Source of the DNA: Eledone cirrhosa
Taxonomy: Eukaryota
Direction of reading: 5' to 3'
Assembly (NCBI GenBank): GCA_964016885.1
Contig: OZ024745.1
Location: 125,302,001-125,366,000, forward strand
DNA length: 64,000 nucleotides
In this document: positions 12,655 to 28,309 of the stretch, one piece after another
How positions within the stretch are numbered: position 1 is the stretch's first letter
Layout: each line of letters starts with the position of its first letter
The notes under the pieces: model-generated
Databases searched by the model: none
Told to the model about the DNA's origin: nothing
What the model saw: the letters and a program-made list of their open reading frames with translations, nothing else
Position numbers and translations under genes: made by a program

Positions 12655-15600
12655 ATATTGCACACTTACCAACGATTTCAGTTATATGAATACCAGCAAT
12701 CTCCGAATCAAGGATTCATTTCTAATAGCCAAACTCAAACGCCAAATCAACAACAGACTGTAGCAAAACGCTCAGTGGCTAACACTGACAGACTTCCTAC
12801 TATAATTCATTCAACTTCAAAGATATATATATCCATAGCTTATATCAAGATAATAACTTAACATATATACTACGTGATCCATGCATCACGTTCAGCGTTG
12901 AAAGATTAGAAGATGTCAGCATAAGAATGACACAACAATTAATTTCCTCACTTCTTTGCTAAATGTATATCATCACGAAATACTAAGTACTTTTAAACAA
13001 CTCCAACGTAATGCTCCCAAATCTATTATTTGTATATTAAAAGCATATATTTTCAATTTCACAGAAACAATGCCAAAATTGCATTTCTTAATACAAAAAG
13101 GAAAATGCTACCATAAACAAGTAAATTCTAATGGTAACAAGGAGAAATTAAATATGCAGAAGAGCAAGATTATGTAGTCACTACAAACGATAGATGCATC
13201 CAAGTTTATGACATAGAATATCAACTCTATGTTTATCATATCCTGGAAATAACTAACAACATGATCAACAATATGCGAGTTGAATGAATCGCTGTGAATC
13301 AGCACATTTTATTGTGATTTGCAGACACCTTTCTGCTACCTTGGAATATAATTACTGTTAAAGATAATAATAGTGTTAGTAAAATATCTTAGGCTGAAAA
13401 TCTTGTACTAGAAATTTAATGAATTGTTGCATAGAAACGTATGAATATCTTTGGGAAATCTTATTGTAGTTTGATATTAAATAATAGTAATAATCGTGAT
13501 GAGGTTTGTGCGGATATGCAGTAAGAGCCTTTTATGCAATCAAACCGATTAACTCTCTGGACAGTAGGTGCAGTGTCCAATGTGTGCAGAGGGGATGGCA
13601 ATAAGATGGTAAATATGAAAATCAAATTTATAGTGTATACTAAGCTAATTTGTTTTGTAAATATTAATTAAAATAGATCTGTGAATTATGTCTGTGATCA
13701 TGTGTAAATCTTTTAGCATATAAATATGCATTAGACACATAGTGAGATTTTCGTTTGTAACACAATATTTCTTTTTGTAGAAGCAGCCAATCGAAAGCGA
13801 CAGTTGTTATATAGGTTTCAAAACAGCTTTATGTGGGGATAAAGTGTAGCTTCAGCCTTTCCGAATTTAGACCAAGGATAAATGTTCAAAATATATTTAA
13901 CTATTACAAATATTAAATATAATTTTACACACAGAAACATTCATACTGTATTCATACTGTATGACATTTATTTAAATAACATTGAAATATCATATGTGGT
14001 TAATGATTGATAATATCCTAAAACTCTGAACAATTAATAATACTTTAGAGATAAAAGATCTTAAATATTTACATCATAACTACATTTGATTTGATTTTAT
14101 CTCTGATCGTCGACATGTGTTGTTTTTTATGGATGGGTGCTTAGCGCAGGTCAGTATTCAAGCTAGGAGCTATTATTTCTAAACTAAAATGTAATACACG
14201 TCTAGTTATCAACACATATACATGATCTCACGGTTAAATAATTATTGATGTAAACTATATCTTTGCAACGTGACAAATTTAAAATACTGTTGTTCTCAAA
14301 TTTCATTACCCATATCTCTTTAAAATCTTAATAACTGTTTTTTATAGATCAGTAGGTGATAAATATATATAGATCAGCAGCCAATGATAAAAAGTCTTTA
14401 TTTTCTGACAAATATTCTTATTGTTTGTTTGTTTTTTTTAATTTGATAATATATTTTATTAGTAAATCTAAGTTGTTAGCTTTTGTACTACTTTTTCTCC
14501 TCAATCACCTCATATTTCCTAACTACTTTTTAAAATACAAATGGTGGTTATTAATTATAAAGGATAAATGAACAACAACCTTAAAAGAAAGCGTAAAAAC
14601 ATTAAGAACTTCTATATTTTCTTTACTTTATATATAACTTAAATACTGAAACATCGATGGTGTGAAGAATGTTTTACCACCGAGTGCTTGAATCAGAATT
14701 CTCATTATATGATAGTGAACATCGATATTGTTTTGAAATATGTAGCATGAAAGATTTATTAGTGTTTCTATTTGTAAATTCAAATGCTGCAATAATCTTG
14801 TTTTTAATTTTCAGTAAATTGATAAATTCTCTTTCTTTTTCACGTTGACAACATATTTCTATCTATCATCTCATTCACTTTAAGGTACGTCATTTTAATA
14901 TCAAATATGTGTAAATGCGTAATGTCGTAGCATCTTAGCTATTTTAGAAAAGAGAAAATAAGTTATGCTAATTTTTCTTTTATTTCTTGTGGTGTCAAAT
15001 ATTTGTGTCATATTTCTGAAAGTGTTGTCGTTTTTCAAAATATGTTCAATTCAAGTCACACCAAGTTCGATTTTTGCATTTACTCCTTTCAATGTAAATA
15101 AAATAAGCACCAGGTATTTAATGTGCTGAAGTCAATTAAACTAACTATACATCTGTAGCCTTGCGTTTATATATAGGGATGTGACATGTTGTTTTTGATA
15201 TACTATCGGATATAATTATATATGTAAGTATGTAAAACGGGAAATTGTTAAAAGGTTATGGATTCGCAACTATGCATTCCAAAAGAGTAAAAATAACGTA
15301 GTAATATACATTTAAGAAACTGAGAGATGCTATTTATAATAGTATAACTTCTCATTTACTTGGTAACTTGCATCACGAGTATTTTTGTAAATATATTTCT
15401 AAACTTTAAACATATTTATGTGAAGGCAGAATTAACCATATGTTTAAAACAAACTTGTTATGCAAAAGATTTTTTTTTTATATTTTATTGTGAAACATAG
15501 CTTGTCATGATTAAAATGTTATTCAAGACAATATTGTATTGGCTAAATGTTGACAATTTATATCAGACGCCACTTGTCCAGCTGCGTCCAAACGTTATTT

Positions 15601-16369
15601 TAATAAAATTCTGCTTGTGTTCGCAAATGACAGCAGACAACAATATCATATTCACAAACATGTTCTTCAAAGGAATTGACAAGTGGTATGTAGTTACGTA
15701 TAAATGTTTAGTGATCACAGATAAAAATAAGATATATATCTTCATATGAGGTAGTTTCTGAACAAAACATTACAGAACAAAAGTTATTATATTTAATATA
15801 TACATATCCTAATAGGAATGCATATTCACCACGCCTATTTCATTTCAAGTAAAAATTATTTCTGCTGCAATATTATTACGTTAATGTAATCAACTACATC
15901 TTCGATATCTTTTAATCTAACATTTTTAAATACTAATGAAGCTCACTTCCTATAATACCAAGCTAACATATCAAACTTGCATGAATTTGAATAACTCCTT
16001 AACTTTACAAAAATTGCTAAGCCTTCCTGTATGCATTCATTAAGGAGAACATAGTTAGAGATGTCACGAATTTTTTCCTGGTTCTAACAAATACAAATCT
16101 TATATATATAAATACATTTCCCCAAATGGCTGACTGAATGTGTGCGTGCATTTTGTCAAACTTATTTTCTGTTCCTTCCTCTTTTTTCTCTCTCTCTCTC
16201 TCTCTCTCTTCCTCCTCCTCTCTATATCCCTCTCTTTCTTTCTCTCTCTCCTCTCTCTCTCTCCTTCTGTCTCTCTATCTATCTATCTTTCTATTTCATC
16301 TTTTGTTTCTCATTTTATCTTCTGATGAAGCACTTTCCATGTAATGTCATTACTTTTTTTATTTTACTT

Positions 16370-16980
16370 GCCAGGCATTTTTGCCAATGTAGGTAAACGT
16401 CTTTAGACCTTATCGATAAACACTTCAACCAACAACATAAAACAGTAAGATCTTCAATCGACGTTCAGTGAGAGTTTCCTAATCTTGCGCGCTATCCATG
16501 AAATCCAAAATAACTGTAAATCAAGCGCATGAAAATCCAAGATGTCCTTGCAGTAAGAATGACGACTGTCCATTACCGTAAAACTGTAATTTTAACTCCA
16601 TAATATACGAATCAGAGATCAAATAAACAAATGCTAACAAGCCAGAGACCCCTGCAAGATAAGTAATTATGGTGCAGGACCATTTTAAACAAATATTCTA
16701 CTTGTACATCTCCTGATTTGGACATCCCGGCATGAAAACCACAACAGCACGGGCAAAAAGGGTATGGCAGTTAAGGGAAAACGGAATGCCGCATGACATA
16801 ACATGGAAAATCATTGAAAATCTCATGCCATATAAAAATGGAAAGAAGAGATGCCCGCTCTACCTCACCGAGAGGTTTAGGATCTTACGGGGTTTATACT
16901 CAACGGATAAATACCTCAACTCGAAAGCAGAAGTTTTTACTCATTGCTTACATCAAAAGGCTTACTTTTTATCCAACTAG
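16370..16980 (+). pseudogene. Decayed PLE linker and GIY-YIG region
   Basis: LIDKHF..KIFNRRSVRVS, CPCSKNDDCPL, VWQLRE..ITWKII..YKNGKKRCPLYLTE..LNSKAEVFTHCLHQKAYFL. Confidence 0.8.
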
Positions 16981-18973
16981 AAACCCTCGCAGCAAGACGC
17001 CCCCCCCCCCTTTCAATAAGCACACCACAATCACACAAAATAATGGCTTGTTGACAGAGAACTTAGGATTCCAATATAACGTTGTAAACTAAATATCATG
17101 CATACATTCCACCTTTTACATCTCAGAGTTTACGTATCAGGAAAATACCAGTCAAGACACAAATATTTTGAGTACATATATATATTTAGAGTAGATATGT
17201 ATACTTATGTACATATATATATGTGTGTGTACTTTTATATATGTGTGTGCGTGTATGTACATATATCTATATATATATATATTTGCAAATGTTTCTCTTA
17301 ACTATTTACAACATAGCTGAAAAGTCAACAACCCCAAACGTTGCCTCTCTTGATTCTCAATTCTACCATATCCCTTCTAGCAGACTCAATCAAGGGAATA
17401 AAATGCTTTGGATAATTAGCGCGAAATCTATACTACACAAAGTTAAATTAAGGCTGACAATTCTATCACTCCCGAATTACCTTCCTTGCTTCCATTTAGA
17501 ACCTCACTTCCGTTTCGAGCGAAGATTGTCGGTTGAAAGATCTTCCATTTTCGTATATTGTCCGCGTGTCAAATGAGGGATCAGTTTGGAATGATCTCAT
17601 CCAATACACAGTGGAGGCCATAACTGGACCTCCAAACCAATGGTCGCACATATATATATATATATAGAGAGAGAAAACAATATGCAAAACAAATGTGCCT
17701 ATAGAAAAAGGGGAGAAAAATTAAATTTGATTAAAATATAATACGTTTAAAGGAACAATAATTTACTTTTAAATATGTATTCTTAAAGAAAATGAAACAT
17801 GTTTTTCATTCTCCTTCGATTGCTTACAAAGGTACATTCAATTTCGAATGATTGTAAATTGAATGTACCTATTAATCTTTGTTGCCAACTTTGCCGTAAA
17901 TTGTATCACCCTGATTCTGACTGCACTTTACGTTAAAGGTACACTTATCTCTGAAATATTCGAACACCTACATTATAATTCAACGAATATACACTTCAGC
18001 TGATCGAATAACTGAAATAGTCAGCATCGAAATCGAAGGAGAATCTGTTTAGTTTAATTATTTACAAATCTAATACCATAAAAATATAACACCTGCAAAA
18101 TACTTGATGTCTTTAAAATATGTTCATTTCTGTTGAAATATAAACATTTATTGTATTCCCATTTCTTTTCCCATTTCTTTATGTTTATTCATAATCAAGA
18201 TTTAATAGTGAATGCTTCTGGATTGATTATTTTGTAGTATTGTAATCTTTATAATCATCTGTCAACATCCCTTTTTATTCAGTAATGCCTGGCTCTAATT
18301 TGTACAATTCATCCTGATATGCCACAAACAATTATGTGTTATTTTTCAAATATTTTGAATTCATAGTTTAATGTAATGATCCTTCTTAAACCTTCAATCG
18401 ATTTAACAAAGTTTCAATTTTATATCCTAAAAAAACGTTTGAAAATGTATTTCTAAGGACAGAGTAAACTCTAATTCCTATAGTATCTCGAGGCTAATAT
18501 ACAATGCTGATTACTATGCTGCTATATCATTAAATACTGTCAACAGATTTCCCCAATACTTAAACATTTTTCAGAATTGTAGGTGCAGTGTGTGTGGGAA
18601 ATATGACGCGGTGGGAATTCGTAATCCAGCTCCAAACATAAAATCAATTTTTCCTAGTACATTTTCAACAAAATAAACCTGTAAATAGTACCTGAAAAAT
18701 TCGAAAGCAATTTGGTTTGTTAAACAACTTGCTTCCATTGCATCCTAGCACAATTATATTCAAGTATAGTCCAAAATTCTACAAACGTTATAATCAAGTG
18801 CTCTGCCTCAACCTTCCTAGCAAGCAAAAGAGATCTCTCTTAAAGGGAACATCGGAGTGATTAGATACTTGTTTTCGCACATCCGTGTACGCTTGAGTCA
18901 ACCCTGCTTATATGCTTAGACATACACATACACACACGAACATACACACAAACACACACACTCTTATATTTCG

Positions 18974-19050
18974 TCTTACGGGGTCGATAAAATAAAGTAC
19001 CAGTGATGCACTGGGATAATTGCTGGCTTTGTGCCAAAAGTAGAAACAAT

Positions 19051-19052
<2 letters not shown>
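18974..19052 (+). mobile_element. 5'-truncated SINE A
   Basis: Core and tail match. Confidence 0.85.
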
Positions 19053-19091
<39 letters not shown>

Positions 19092-19275
19092 ATAAGTAAC
19101 CCGTATTACTACAGATGCTACATGTTTCAGCACGCAATTATTTTACGTGAATTCAATATTCAACTTTAAAGTTTATGGATTAACACCCACATCTGTTCAT
19201 TATTGCCGTAATAGTCAAAGTGTCTATATTATGAATGATATCGAGGTTTCAGTACAACATATACTATTTGTATTT

Positions 19276-19367
19276 ATGCATACCACATGTTTCGCAAATG
19301 ACCAGTACGAAGCTTTAATCAATTACAATCAGTTCGACACTAGGATCAATTTGTTCATCAGGTGCAT
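19276..19367 (-). ncRNA. Degenerate hammerhead-like motif with long stem II
   Basis: AUGCAC-CUGAUGA-~60-nt imperfect hairpin-GAAA-CAUGUG..AUGCAU; cleavage site mutated. Confidence 0.45.
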
Positions 19368-19849
19368 TGGAAAACAATTTGATTATACAGATTGCATCCT
19401 AGAGTCGAGAATGTTCGGTCTCTTTCGTAATATATATATATATCTGTGAGTGTGCGTGTGCATATGTGTGAGTGAGTGTCTATAAGGTTGACGGTCACGT
19501 GAATGAATACTCAATACAATTGTAGAGAGAAATAGTTTTATGGTAGAGTCTCATGACTCCTTTATGGAAAAAGGTTGATAAAATATATCATAGTATCTAG
19601 AAACGAATTTATTTTCTAACTTCATAAAAGTATGTAATAAGTTGCAAATAATATTGCGTCTGTCAATAACGACAGTAGAAATTGAAATCAAATTATTAAT
19701 GCATTTGATAAAAATTGTATAATTAAATTTTATTAACATGACTATAGTAGCTAATTATTTTCCTGAAGATATATATGCATACCATTTCAGATCTAGTGTC
19801 AAGCATTATATAAATAAATTTGTTTTAATATTTAATCACTCCTCGTTTA

Positions 19850-20218
19850 AAGACAGCTTAAGTAGGATACTGTTTTCTGTGGTGAGTCTTATAAATACAC
19901 CGGTATGTCAGAGAGCCAGCTTAAAAATTGCTTCTTTAATGATGAAAAGACCTTCATATACTCAAATAAAAGAAACACCACGAATTTGGCGAATACAATT
20001 TGGCAACTCAAAACAAAAACTTAGAATTCATGATTGAATGGAACATATTAGAAACATTTCGACCAAATATAAATGGCCTCAAAACCTGCAGATTATGCAA
20101 TGCATGATGGATATTGAATAATCTCCACAACAATAACAAACCACCTAACACACGTACAGAACACTCCTCACGATGTTCTCACATTTCTAAGTACTTTTTA
20201 AAGAACTGGCCTCCTTAA
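19850..20218 (+). pseudogene. Decayed PLE GIY-YIG C-terminus
   Basis: IWQLK..IEWNILETFRPNINGLKTCRLC..NTRTE..RCSHISKYFLKNWPP*, same pattern as the 16.7 kb fragment. Confidence 0.65.
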
Positions 20219-20544
20219 TATTGATTTATGTGTTTCCCCAAAAGATCATTAACCTATCGATTATTTGCTAACCTTTTCATAATTATTCGCTATTTTTTAG
20301 CATTTTTTAGCGTTTTGTCGATCCAATTGTCTCCCCTAGCCCATACATATTATCAACACTTGAATTGAGGCTCCTCTTCTTTCTTCTCCTATTGTTCTGT
20401 ATTTTACAATCTCAGTAAATATTTTCCGGTTCATTTTCATCGGAGCAAGATGAACAAGATGGTCTTCGGGGCAAACGAAACGTAAGTACCACGTATGACA
20501 CCATTGTAGTAGATGGCCTTAAAAATTATATATATATATATTTA

Positions 20545-20760
20545 GTCGATCGACTTCCGTCAAATCGGACCGAGGAAACAATGTTTCCGTTGGTCTTTTC
20601 AATTGGTAATACTATCTATCGGTCGCGACTCCAAGTAGATGGAGCAACGTGAAATAAAGTGTCTTGCTCAAGGATATAATGTATCGCCTGGTCCAGGAGT
20701 CGAGCTGACAAGCTCACGATTGCGAATCCAGTCCTCTAACCAATCAGCCACACACTTTTA
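20545..20760 (-). mobile_element. tRNA-derived SINE family B
   Basis: TGGCTGATTGGTTAGAG A-box and TCCTTGAGCAAGACACTTTATTTCACGTTGCTCC core; related copies at 35505-35710 and 61660-61825. Confidence 0.75.
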
Positions 20761-20793
20761 CATACACACATATATATATATATATATGCGCGC

Positions 20794-20921
<128 letters not shown>

Positions 20922-21209
20922 TAATAATAATAAAAGTGAAGACTAAAATCAGAAGATTCTTTGCTTAAACTTTAATCTGTTATTTTAATATATGTATATA
21001 TATAGTATTAGTTATACTATCAATGGTTATGTAAATACAAAACCTTATGCAGTTATAAGTATTTTACATACACCCTAAATAGCGGTAGGCAGTAATGTAT
21101 TACTACCTTATTACCAGTAAGTTAAGTAGCTCAATGTAAAAAACATCAGATGATTTACAGAGCAGTTATATGAAATATAAGAATCAAAGAGCTGTTCAAA
21201 ACATTACTG

Positions 21210-21256
21210 TGCTTACAGCTGTTTCCTCCAAACCGAGGTTTGGATTCTTCGGAGCA
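21210..21256 (-). ncRNA. Hammerhead ribozyme, core U4>C
   Basis: UGCU-CCGAAGA-aUCCAAACC uc GGUUUGGAg-GAAA-CAGCUGU-A-AGCA; palindromic stem III. Confidence 0.75.
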
Positions 21257-21786
21257 ATTTATTAATGCATGGACAGTTATATGACCTCCTTTTCAGCTGA
21301 GAGACATACCGATACATATTCAAACATTGTGGGTCAACATTCATTACAGAGTTTAGAGTGGCAGTACACACTTCGAGATTACATTTATATTAAGAGGTAC
21401 AATCAAAAATCAAAAATACAGGTTAAAATACAACATGAAGATAAGCGGTTATATAGTGGAAATGTTATGTGTGGCACGCATGTGCGTCTTGTTTATATAG
21501 TGTGGCAGAGAGATATGTGTGGTAGAGGCACTTAGGTAGGTAAACAAGAGTGTTAGGTTGGTAGATCTGGTGGCAAATTCTTTATATGATTGATATAGTC
21601 TGTGTGTGGAGAAATGTTATAAGCATTAAAAATAGTGCAAGCATTAAAAGTGTTAAAAGTATTGGAGATGCACAGCGAAGGGATGTCAAGTATTTCATGT
21701 ACTTCGACATGTTCATGGTCAGGGGAGTGTATATATATATATTATTTAAAATATTAATAAATGAAAAATATTCTCATAATCAAAAT

Positions 21787-21855
21787 ATATATTTTATTAT
21801 ACATATTTCAAAGGTACGATGGTGTTTAAGTACGTTTTCATCAGATAAAATATAT
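21787..21855 (-). ncRNA. Type I hammerhead ribozyme
   Basis: AUAUAUUUUAU-CUGAUGA-AAAcGUAC..GUACcUUU-GAAA-UAUGUAU-A-AUAAAAUAUAU (11-bp stem I). Confidence 0.88.
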
Positions 21856-22253
21856 AAGAGATTGGATATACGACATAGCGCTACGGTTTTGATTATTCAA
21901 TTCCAATAGTGGAATATTTTGAATAATATTAAATACTCCAGACAAATTACTGTCGAGTGCTTCTAATCTATTGTAAAATTGTATTCGTTGAAAATCAACG
22001 AACCATATAAACTTTGGTTATATATATATATATATATTTATTTATTTATTTATGTGTGTTGTATTGAAGCGAATAACTGTGTCCAATCTGTGATTTTGCA
22101 TAACATTACCTGTTGAGTACACTGAGATGCAACCGCTACTAACATCTGACTGATCAGCCAGTCTGCTAATATGCAAATCAGGCCGATCAGTCACTGTGTA
22201 TTTTTGAAAATAGCATATATTTTCACTGACTGTTTGGCAGGTGAACAATGAGG

Positions 22254-22295
22254 TGTACTGATGAAGGGTGATACCCAGAAACATTAGTGTCTGCA
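22254..22295 (+). ncRNA. Type I hammerhead ribozyme
   Basis: UGUA-CUGAUGA-aGGGU gau ACCCa-GAAA-CAUUAGUGU-C-UGCA; GUC triplet. Confidence 0.75.
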
Positions 22296-22428
22296 GTTCT
22301 GTTCGCATGCCAACACAAGAGCAAGAATAAAGGGTTCATTCTACTGACATGGCTATAAAATTGAGGCTTGTTTGCATAATTGCAAACGAATCGAATGTTA
22401 TTATTAATGTTCGAAAAACTCAGATTAC

Positions 22429-22469
<41 letters not shown>

Positions 22470-24707
22470 TAAATACACATACATTATATATATATGTGTG
22501 TGAGTGGTGGTGTACACGCTTTTGTTTTAATTACGAATAATGGTGAATCAATCAGTACGAAACGTTCCTATTACATTAATCTTGTAGAAATATAATACTT
22601 CGCTATAACTTCTTACAGTTTGTTTGCTATTCTCAAAGTAATGTATATTTATTCTGGACATTATGATGTACCCACATTTGATATTTCTGCTACTTTAAGA
22701 CCACATAATGGGAATGTACTTAAACGAAATTACAGCTATCACCAGATTGGCAGCAGATTTGTGTATATTAATACATAAGCGTGATTGCTTAAACTGATGC
22801 GCGATTTAGACACTTATAGTTTTGTAAAGTGATCCGAACATTCGCATGCTATCGCTTTAACATTTGTCCACACTCTCCAGGGAATTTGCATTGGTAGAGG
22901 ATAGCAAAATAGGTTTTACACATATTTTCAGGAATTCTTTGCTCGGAGTTCCTGCCGTATTCATTTTGCCTTTCATTCTTTCATGGTTAATAAAGTGTGA
23001 TGTAATGTTTTGACTTTGGTGAGGTTACATTTAATGCATAGTTAGTTTTAAAAACACTATCTTGTCTTTGGATACTTTCCTAGAAAATATTCACTTTCCT
23101 AGTAAATATTCGGAACAGATATCCGGTTTGAAGATAATATTTTCTTTCCCTTCCACTAGGCCCTGAAACAAAATAATGGATGTGCTGCCCTACCATTCCT
23201 GACTAAACTGCAAACAAAAGCCATGTTGATTCCATTGCCGTATAGGCTGAATTATTAAACACGACGAAAACACTACCTAGCAATATATCATCGTTTTAAA
23301 TCTGCCAACCATCCAGCTACCAAGTCGACGTTCTGAAAGAAAATAGCGTAGAGAGATGGACGGCTTTTGAGTATATTTTAAGACAAATCCACACGTACTT
23401 CTCTACATTTGGACATCAACGTTTGTAAACTAACTGGTAAACAATTTGAGTAGAAATACGTAGGCCATACTGTAAATATGATATAAAAGCACTGGGATCT
23501 ACTACAAAATGAGGATTATGGGTTACATATACAGGCCCAATTATAAAGTGATCCATGTTTTAGATTTCTCTTTTTAAAAAAAGCTTCCGGACACCATGCA
23601 TATGAAAGACTATGGCTACTTCCATCATGATAACACTCCAGTACATCTGACAAAAATAACCAGGTTGTAGCATCAGTAGGAAATTGATCGAATTCTAAAT
23701 CAATGGGAGAAATATGAAATAGAAGAAATTCAAGTATTAATCTCAAACATTTGGTTATAAAGAACCAAACAACTCTGATCGCATCGACAAAATGAATTTG
23801 GTGCAGTGAAATAAACACCAAATTATCTTCTAAGTTGGCTGTGTTAATATCCTCTCATATATCTACTGTCCTCTCCGCAAAGGGAAAACATACGAAATAT
23901 TGAGAAATGATGATGTCTTTAATACATAAATAGTCATTTTCTTTATGGTGTAAATATTTATTGTTATATATGCAATATAAATGTTATCTTATGTTTCTAA
24001 TGTAGGATGAATTGTAGCCACAGTTGTATGTGAGGGTGGTATGTGTGTGTGATATTCATTTCCAGATACGTACACACACAAACAAACAAACACACACACA
24101 TTATGACAATTACTCCAACAAGCTGTATTCATCACTGGAATTCAGCCATTCCAAATTCAAATTCTGAAATCCAACCACACAAACTTCTGAATGCAGGCTT
24201 CGGATATTTCTTTTGTAACCAACCAACCCTCTCCAAACACATAGATACAGATAGACACACGCGCTTATACACACACAAACTAGCTTAGACATACACTGAC
24301 ATAAACACACACACATCGACCAAACCACGCATGAGCACACATAGACACACTGATGGTACACACAGACAAATGCATACGACCACGAACAAAATACAAAATA
24401 TTCACTACTTCAACAGATATACTAACACACACAAACAGAAAAAAAAATAAGATCAGCAACACACACTCACGAAATACACCTCATCTGCACACAAGATAGT
24501 AACAATGATAGACCTAGACACTCCGTAACCTTCTTAACACCAGCTCGCTCTCTGGACAACGTGAATACCCACATCAGCCGTCTTCATAAATCCACCTTTT
24601 TCTTCTTCAACTTTTCAAACTCCTCTTTCTCTTTAACTTTACTTTTTCCAACACTTTATGTGGTTGTATTCCTGTCATTTGTTTGTTATTATTTTGAACT
24701 ATTTAAC

Positions 24708-24900
24708 GGGTGGTAGAATGCCAGTATCGGTAGAGGGTCGAGCGCCATGCTTTGCAGCATAAAGTTACGGCCTTTTATAATCTGAGTTCAAATACCGCCG
24801 AGGTTAATTTTACCTTTCATCATTACGGGGGTCGATAAAATAAAGCACCAATAATGCACTGGGTTAATTACTGGCCTTGTGCCAAAAGTAGAAACAATTA
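24708..24900 (+). mobile_element. SINE A
   Basis: Full-length match to the family. Confidence 0.9.
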
Positions 24901-26673
24901 AATGATAATAAAAAGTTTTAATTCATTTGAAAATGTCACAGTTTGAAATATTTCCTCTTTTACTGATTAGCCGAAAAGTAATTATCCTATTCCTTGCTGA
25001 TCAACATCTAGCACATTGTTTGCTACTAAGAGTAAACTGTGCTATCTTAGCTTTATGTGCGGAAGTGTGCGATGAGGGAATAGATTAGATAATTCCCAGA
25101 TCAATGACTCCGAGTTAAATTTGGGCTGAAAGTATTGGCAAAATATTTCGCCCCCAGTAAGATTGCTTCAACTATCTAATATAATCTTCACCTTATGCAT
25201 TAATAAACATTCATTAAATTTAGGGAGTTGGATAGTTTCGGCCATAGGAACAGAGAAACACACAACTTACTGCTGTTACTTGAACATGCGTTTATCATAT
25301 GAATTAACATTTAGAACGAGACATCAAAACGTTAAAGTAATGTAAACATATATTCTGTGTAGTAGTGAAGTATTAGGGGATCAAATATGTTTTTAGCTGT
25401 CGGACAGGGGCAAAATAGAATATCAATTTTAAATTAACCTAATATTATATGAAGCCTTTAATGTCTATGTTGAACAATGTCATTTATCACCAAAATTTGC
25501 AGATGTATGTTTAAAACACTAACGAATATTTTTTTTATCTTCTTGTACCCAAACATTTTAAAATATCGAGGACATATCCAATGCCCTATATTTTAGCCCA
25601 CGACAGGGACGTTTTCCTCTTAGCAACTTTCAAGATTAATGAAATGAGAAATAATTCAGCTTACAATATTCTTTAATTCTGAGGTAGGAAATTGGAGAAA
25701 ATGTTCAGAACGTCGGATGCGATGTAACACGGCATTTGCACCGACGCACTGCTCTATGTGTTCTCATATCACCAAGACTAAATTTGCTGTTCATACTTCC
25801 GAGGACGTTATGTAACGGTGTTGTGATCAATCATTTTTTCACTCTCATTATCTCTCTTTAAAATATTGAGCGTGTTTAGACCTAGAGAGAAATGGCTTGT
25901 GCCAGGTTTTAAGTACGCAAGATCTATATTGGGAACACTATGGCTCCAACATTAGTGCAGGGATCATTGAAAGATTTATTATTTCTAGAGTAAAATACAA
26001 GTCATGCCACAAAATGCATTGCACAAGTACTCAAAATTTGTCAGGAGTTATATGCGATCTAGCGTATATATGTAGATATGGATGGAGACTATCTCAAACT
26101 GAAGAAAACCATGATGCGAAAACATTGTTCAACTATTTAAACTATGGCAATATTGTACAGATTATATTCAATGTTTTAATTTGGAATTAAATTCTGGTTT
26201 AATATTTACAATTATTTATAGAATTATCTCTCATTGGTATTTTCATCAGTAAATTAATTTTTGAGATTTACTTAACTTTAATATTAAAATTTGAACCAAT
26301 ATAAATTGTTCAGGCAAACAAACATGTTTATTTTATATGAGGATAAAGCAACAGATATAATTTTCTGAATAATAATAGTATGAGAAAAAAAAACAAATCT
26401 TGTGCATCCCGATCGAAAAGGAAAATTAATGTTTTCTCGTAAACGACTCCATCTTTTCTAATGAAAACAATATTTGTAAATAAGTTGAAAATCCACCAAA
26501 ATAACATGACCTTCAAATATAAACAAACAATATGGCATTTACCATCGATTTCGATGATGAGCATCCAGTTGTTCGATCAACTGAATGCCCAGCCTGAGAA
26601 TTAATATGTAAGTGAATTTATATATATATATATATATATACATTATTATTATTATTATTATTATTATATAATA

Positions 26674-27291
26674 ATGTTTCTACTTTTGGCACAAGACCAG
26701 CAATTACCCCAGTGCATTACTGGTGCTTTATTTTATCGACCCCGTAAGGATGAAAGGCAAAATTTACCTCGGACGGATTTGAACTCAGAATCATAAGGCA
26801 AAGGGTCATAATTCTATGTTACAAAGCATGGTGTCTGGCGCTCTACTGATACAGTCAAACAACCGTCCTATAATAATAGTAATAATAATTGTTTCTACTT
26901 TTGGCACAAGGCCAGCAATTATTCCAGTGTATTACTGGTTATATATTTTATCGACCCCGTAAGGATGAAAGGCAAAGTAAACCGCGGCAGGACTTGAACT
27001 CAGAATGGCAAGGGCCGTAACACTATGCTGGAAAGCATGGTGTCCGACCCTCTACCGATACTGCCAATAGTAACAACAATAATAATGGTTTCTTATATAG
27101 GCACAAGGCCTGCAATTTTGGGGAGGGGAAAGTCGATTAAATTGACTCCAGTATATTACTGGTACTTTATTTTATCGACCCCGTAAGGATGAAAGGCAAA
27201 GTTAACCTCGGCGGGATTTGAACTCAGACCATAAAGGACCATAACACTATGCTGCAAAGCATGGTGTCCGACCCTCTACCGATACTGCCAA
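26674..27291 (-). mobile_element. Three tandem SINE A copies (long, short, short)
   Basis: ~27085-27291, 26888-27067 and 26674-26866, separated by ATT tails. Confidence 0.9.
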
Positions 27292-27529
27292 TAATAACAA
27301 CAATAATAATAATAATGATTTCATTTATTGGCAAAATAATAATAGTGATAATAATAATATTATTATTAAGTTGAGCATTAAATTTTTCTGGGTGTTTAGA
27401 AGCAATGGGATTCGCAGAGAATCAATGCATTTTCAAACTGACACATGTTTCACCCGACCTTAACTGCTTTACATCGGTTGAAACATGTTTTAATTTGAAA
27501 GTGCATTGATTATTTTGTATTTTTATTAA

Positions 27530-27626
<97 letters not shown>

Positions 27627-27930
27627 GACATTGGAAATAGCACTGAAAATATATTTAAGGGTCTGTTTTACTTTTTCCCCTTTCTTCGTCAAAGTGGCAT
27701 TATTGAAAAAATAAGAGGACCAATTCTTTTGAAAAAGGACTTTTATAATGTATATAAAGTATATAAAGTATATAAAGTATATAAAGTATTACCAGCTTCG
27801 ATGTATTAGTAAAATTCATTTTATCAAATGTTGAGTATTACAATTAAAAATAATTAATAAGAATTAAATACTAAAAATTAAAGATTTAAAATTAAGTGTT
27901 GAGGTAAGTTTTTTCATCTTCTCTCTCTAT

Positions 27931-28035
<105 letters not shown>

Positions 28036-28309
28036 ATATTTATAGAATATATACATTAAGGTGTTCACTCCGACATAGCTGTATAAATATAAGTATGTGT
28101 ATTTGTATATCTAGCGATATACGGTATGTTTACGTATAAACATTTGAAAGCCTTTAGCTATGCATTTTGGAAGCTGATGGCTAGACCCACAGGATGAATT
28201 CCAGCAGAAGCAGGGGTGGGTAATATGTCGATGGTAACCATTTCTGATTCTGGTCATTATCAAGACAACGCTCTCTTACCCTGCTCTCTCCTGGAATTCA
28301 ATATAGTCG

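Noticed and set aside
12956-16100. Possible host exons in repeat-poor sequence
   Set aside because: Only short AT-rich ORFs with no recognisable domain or convincing exon chain
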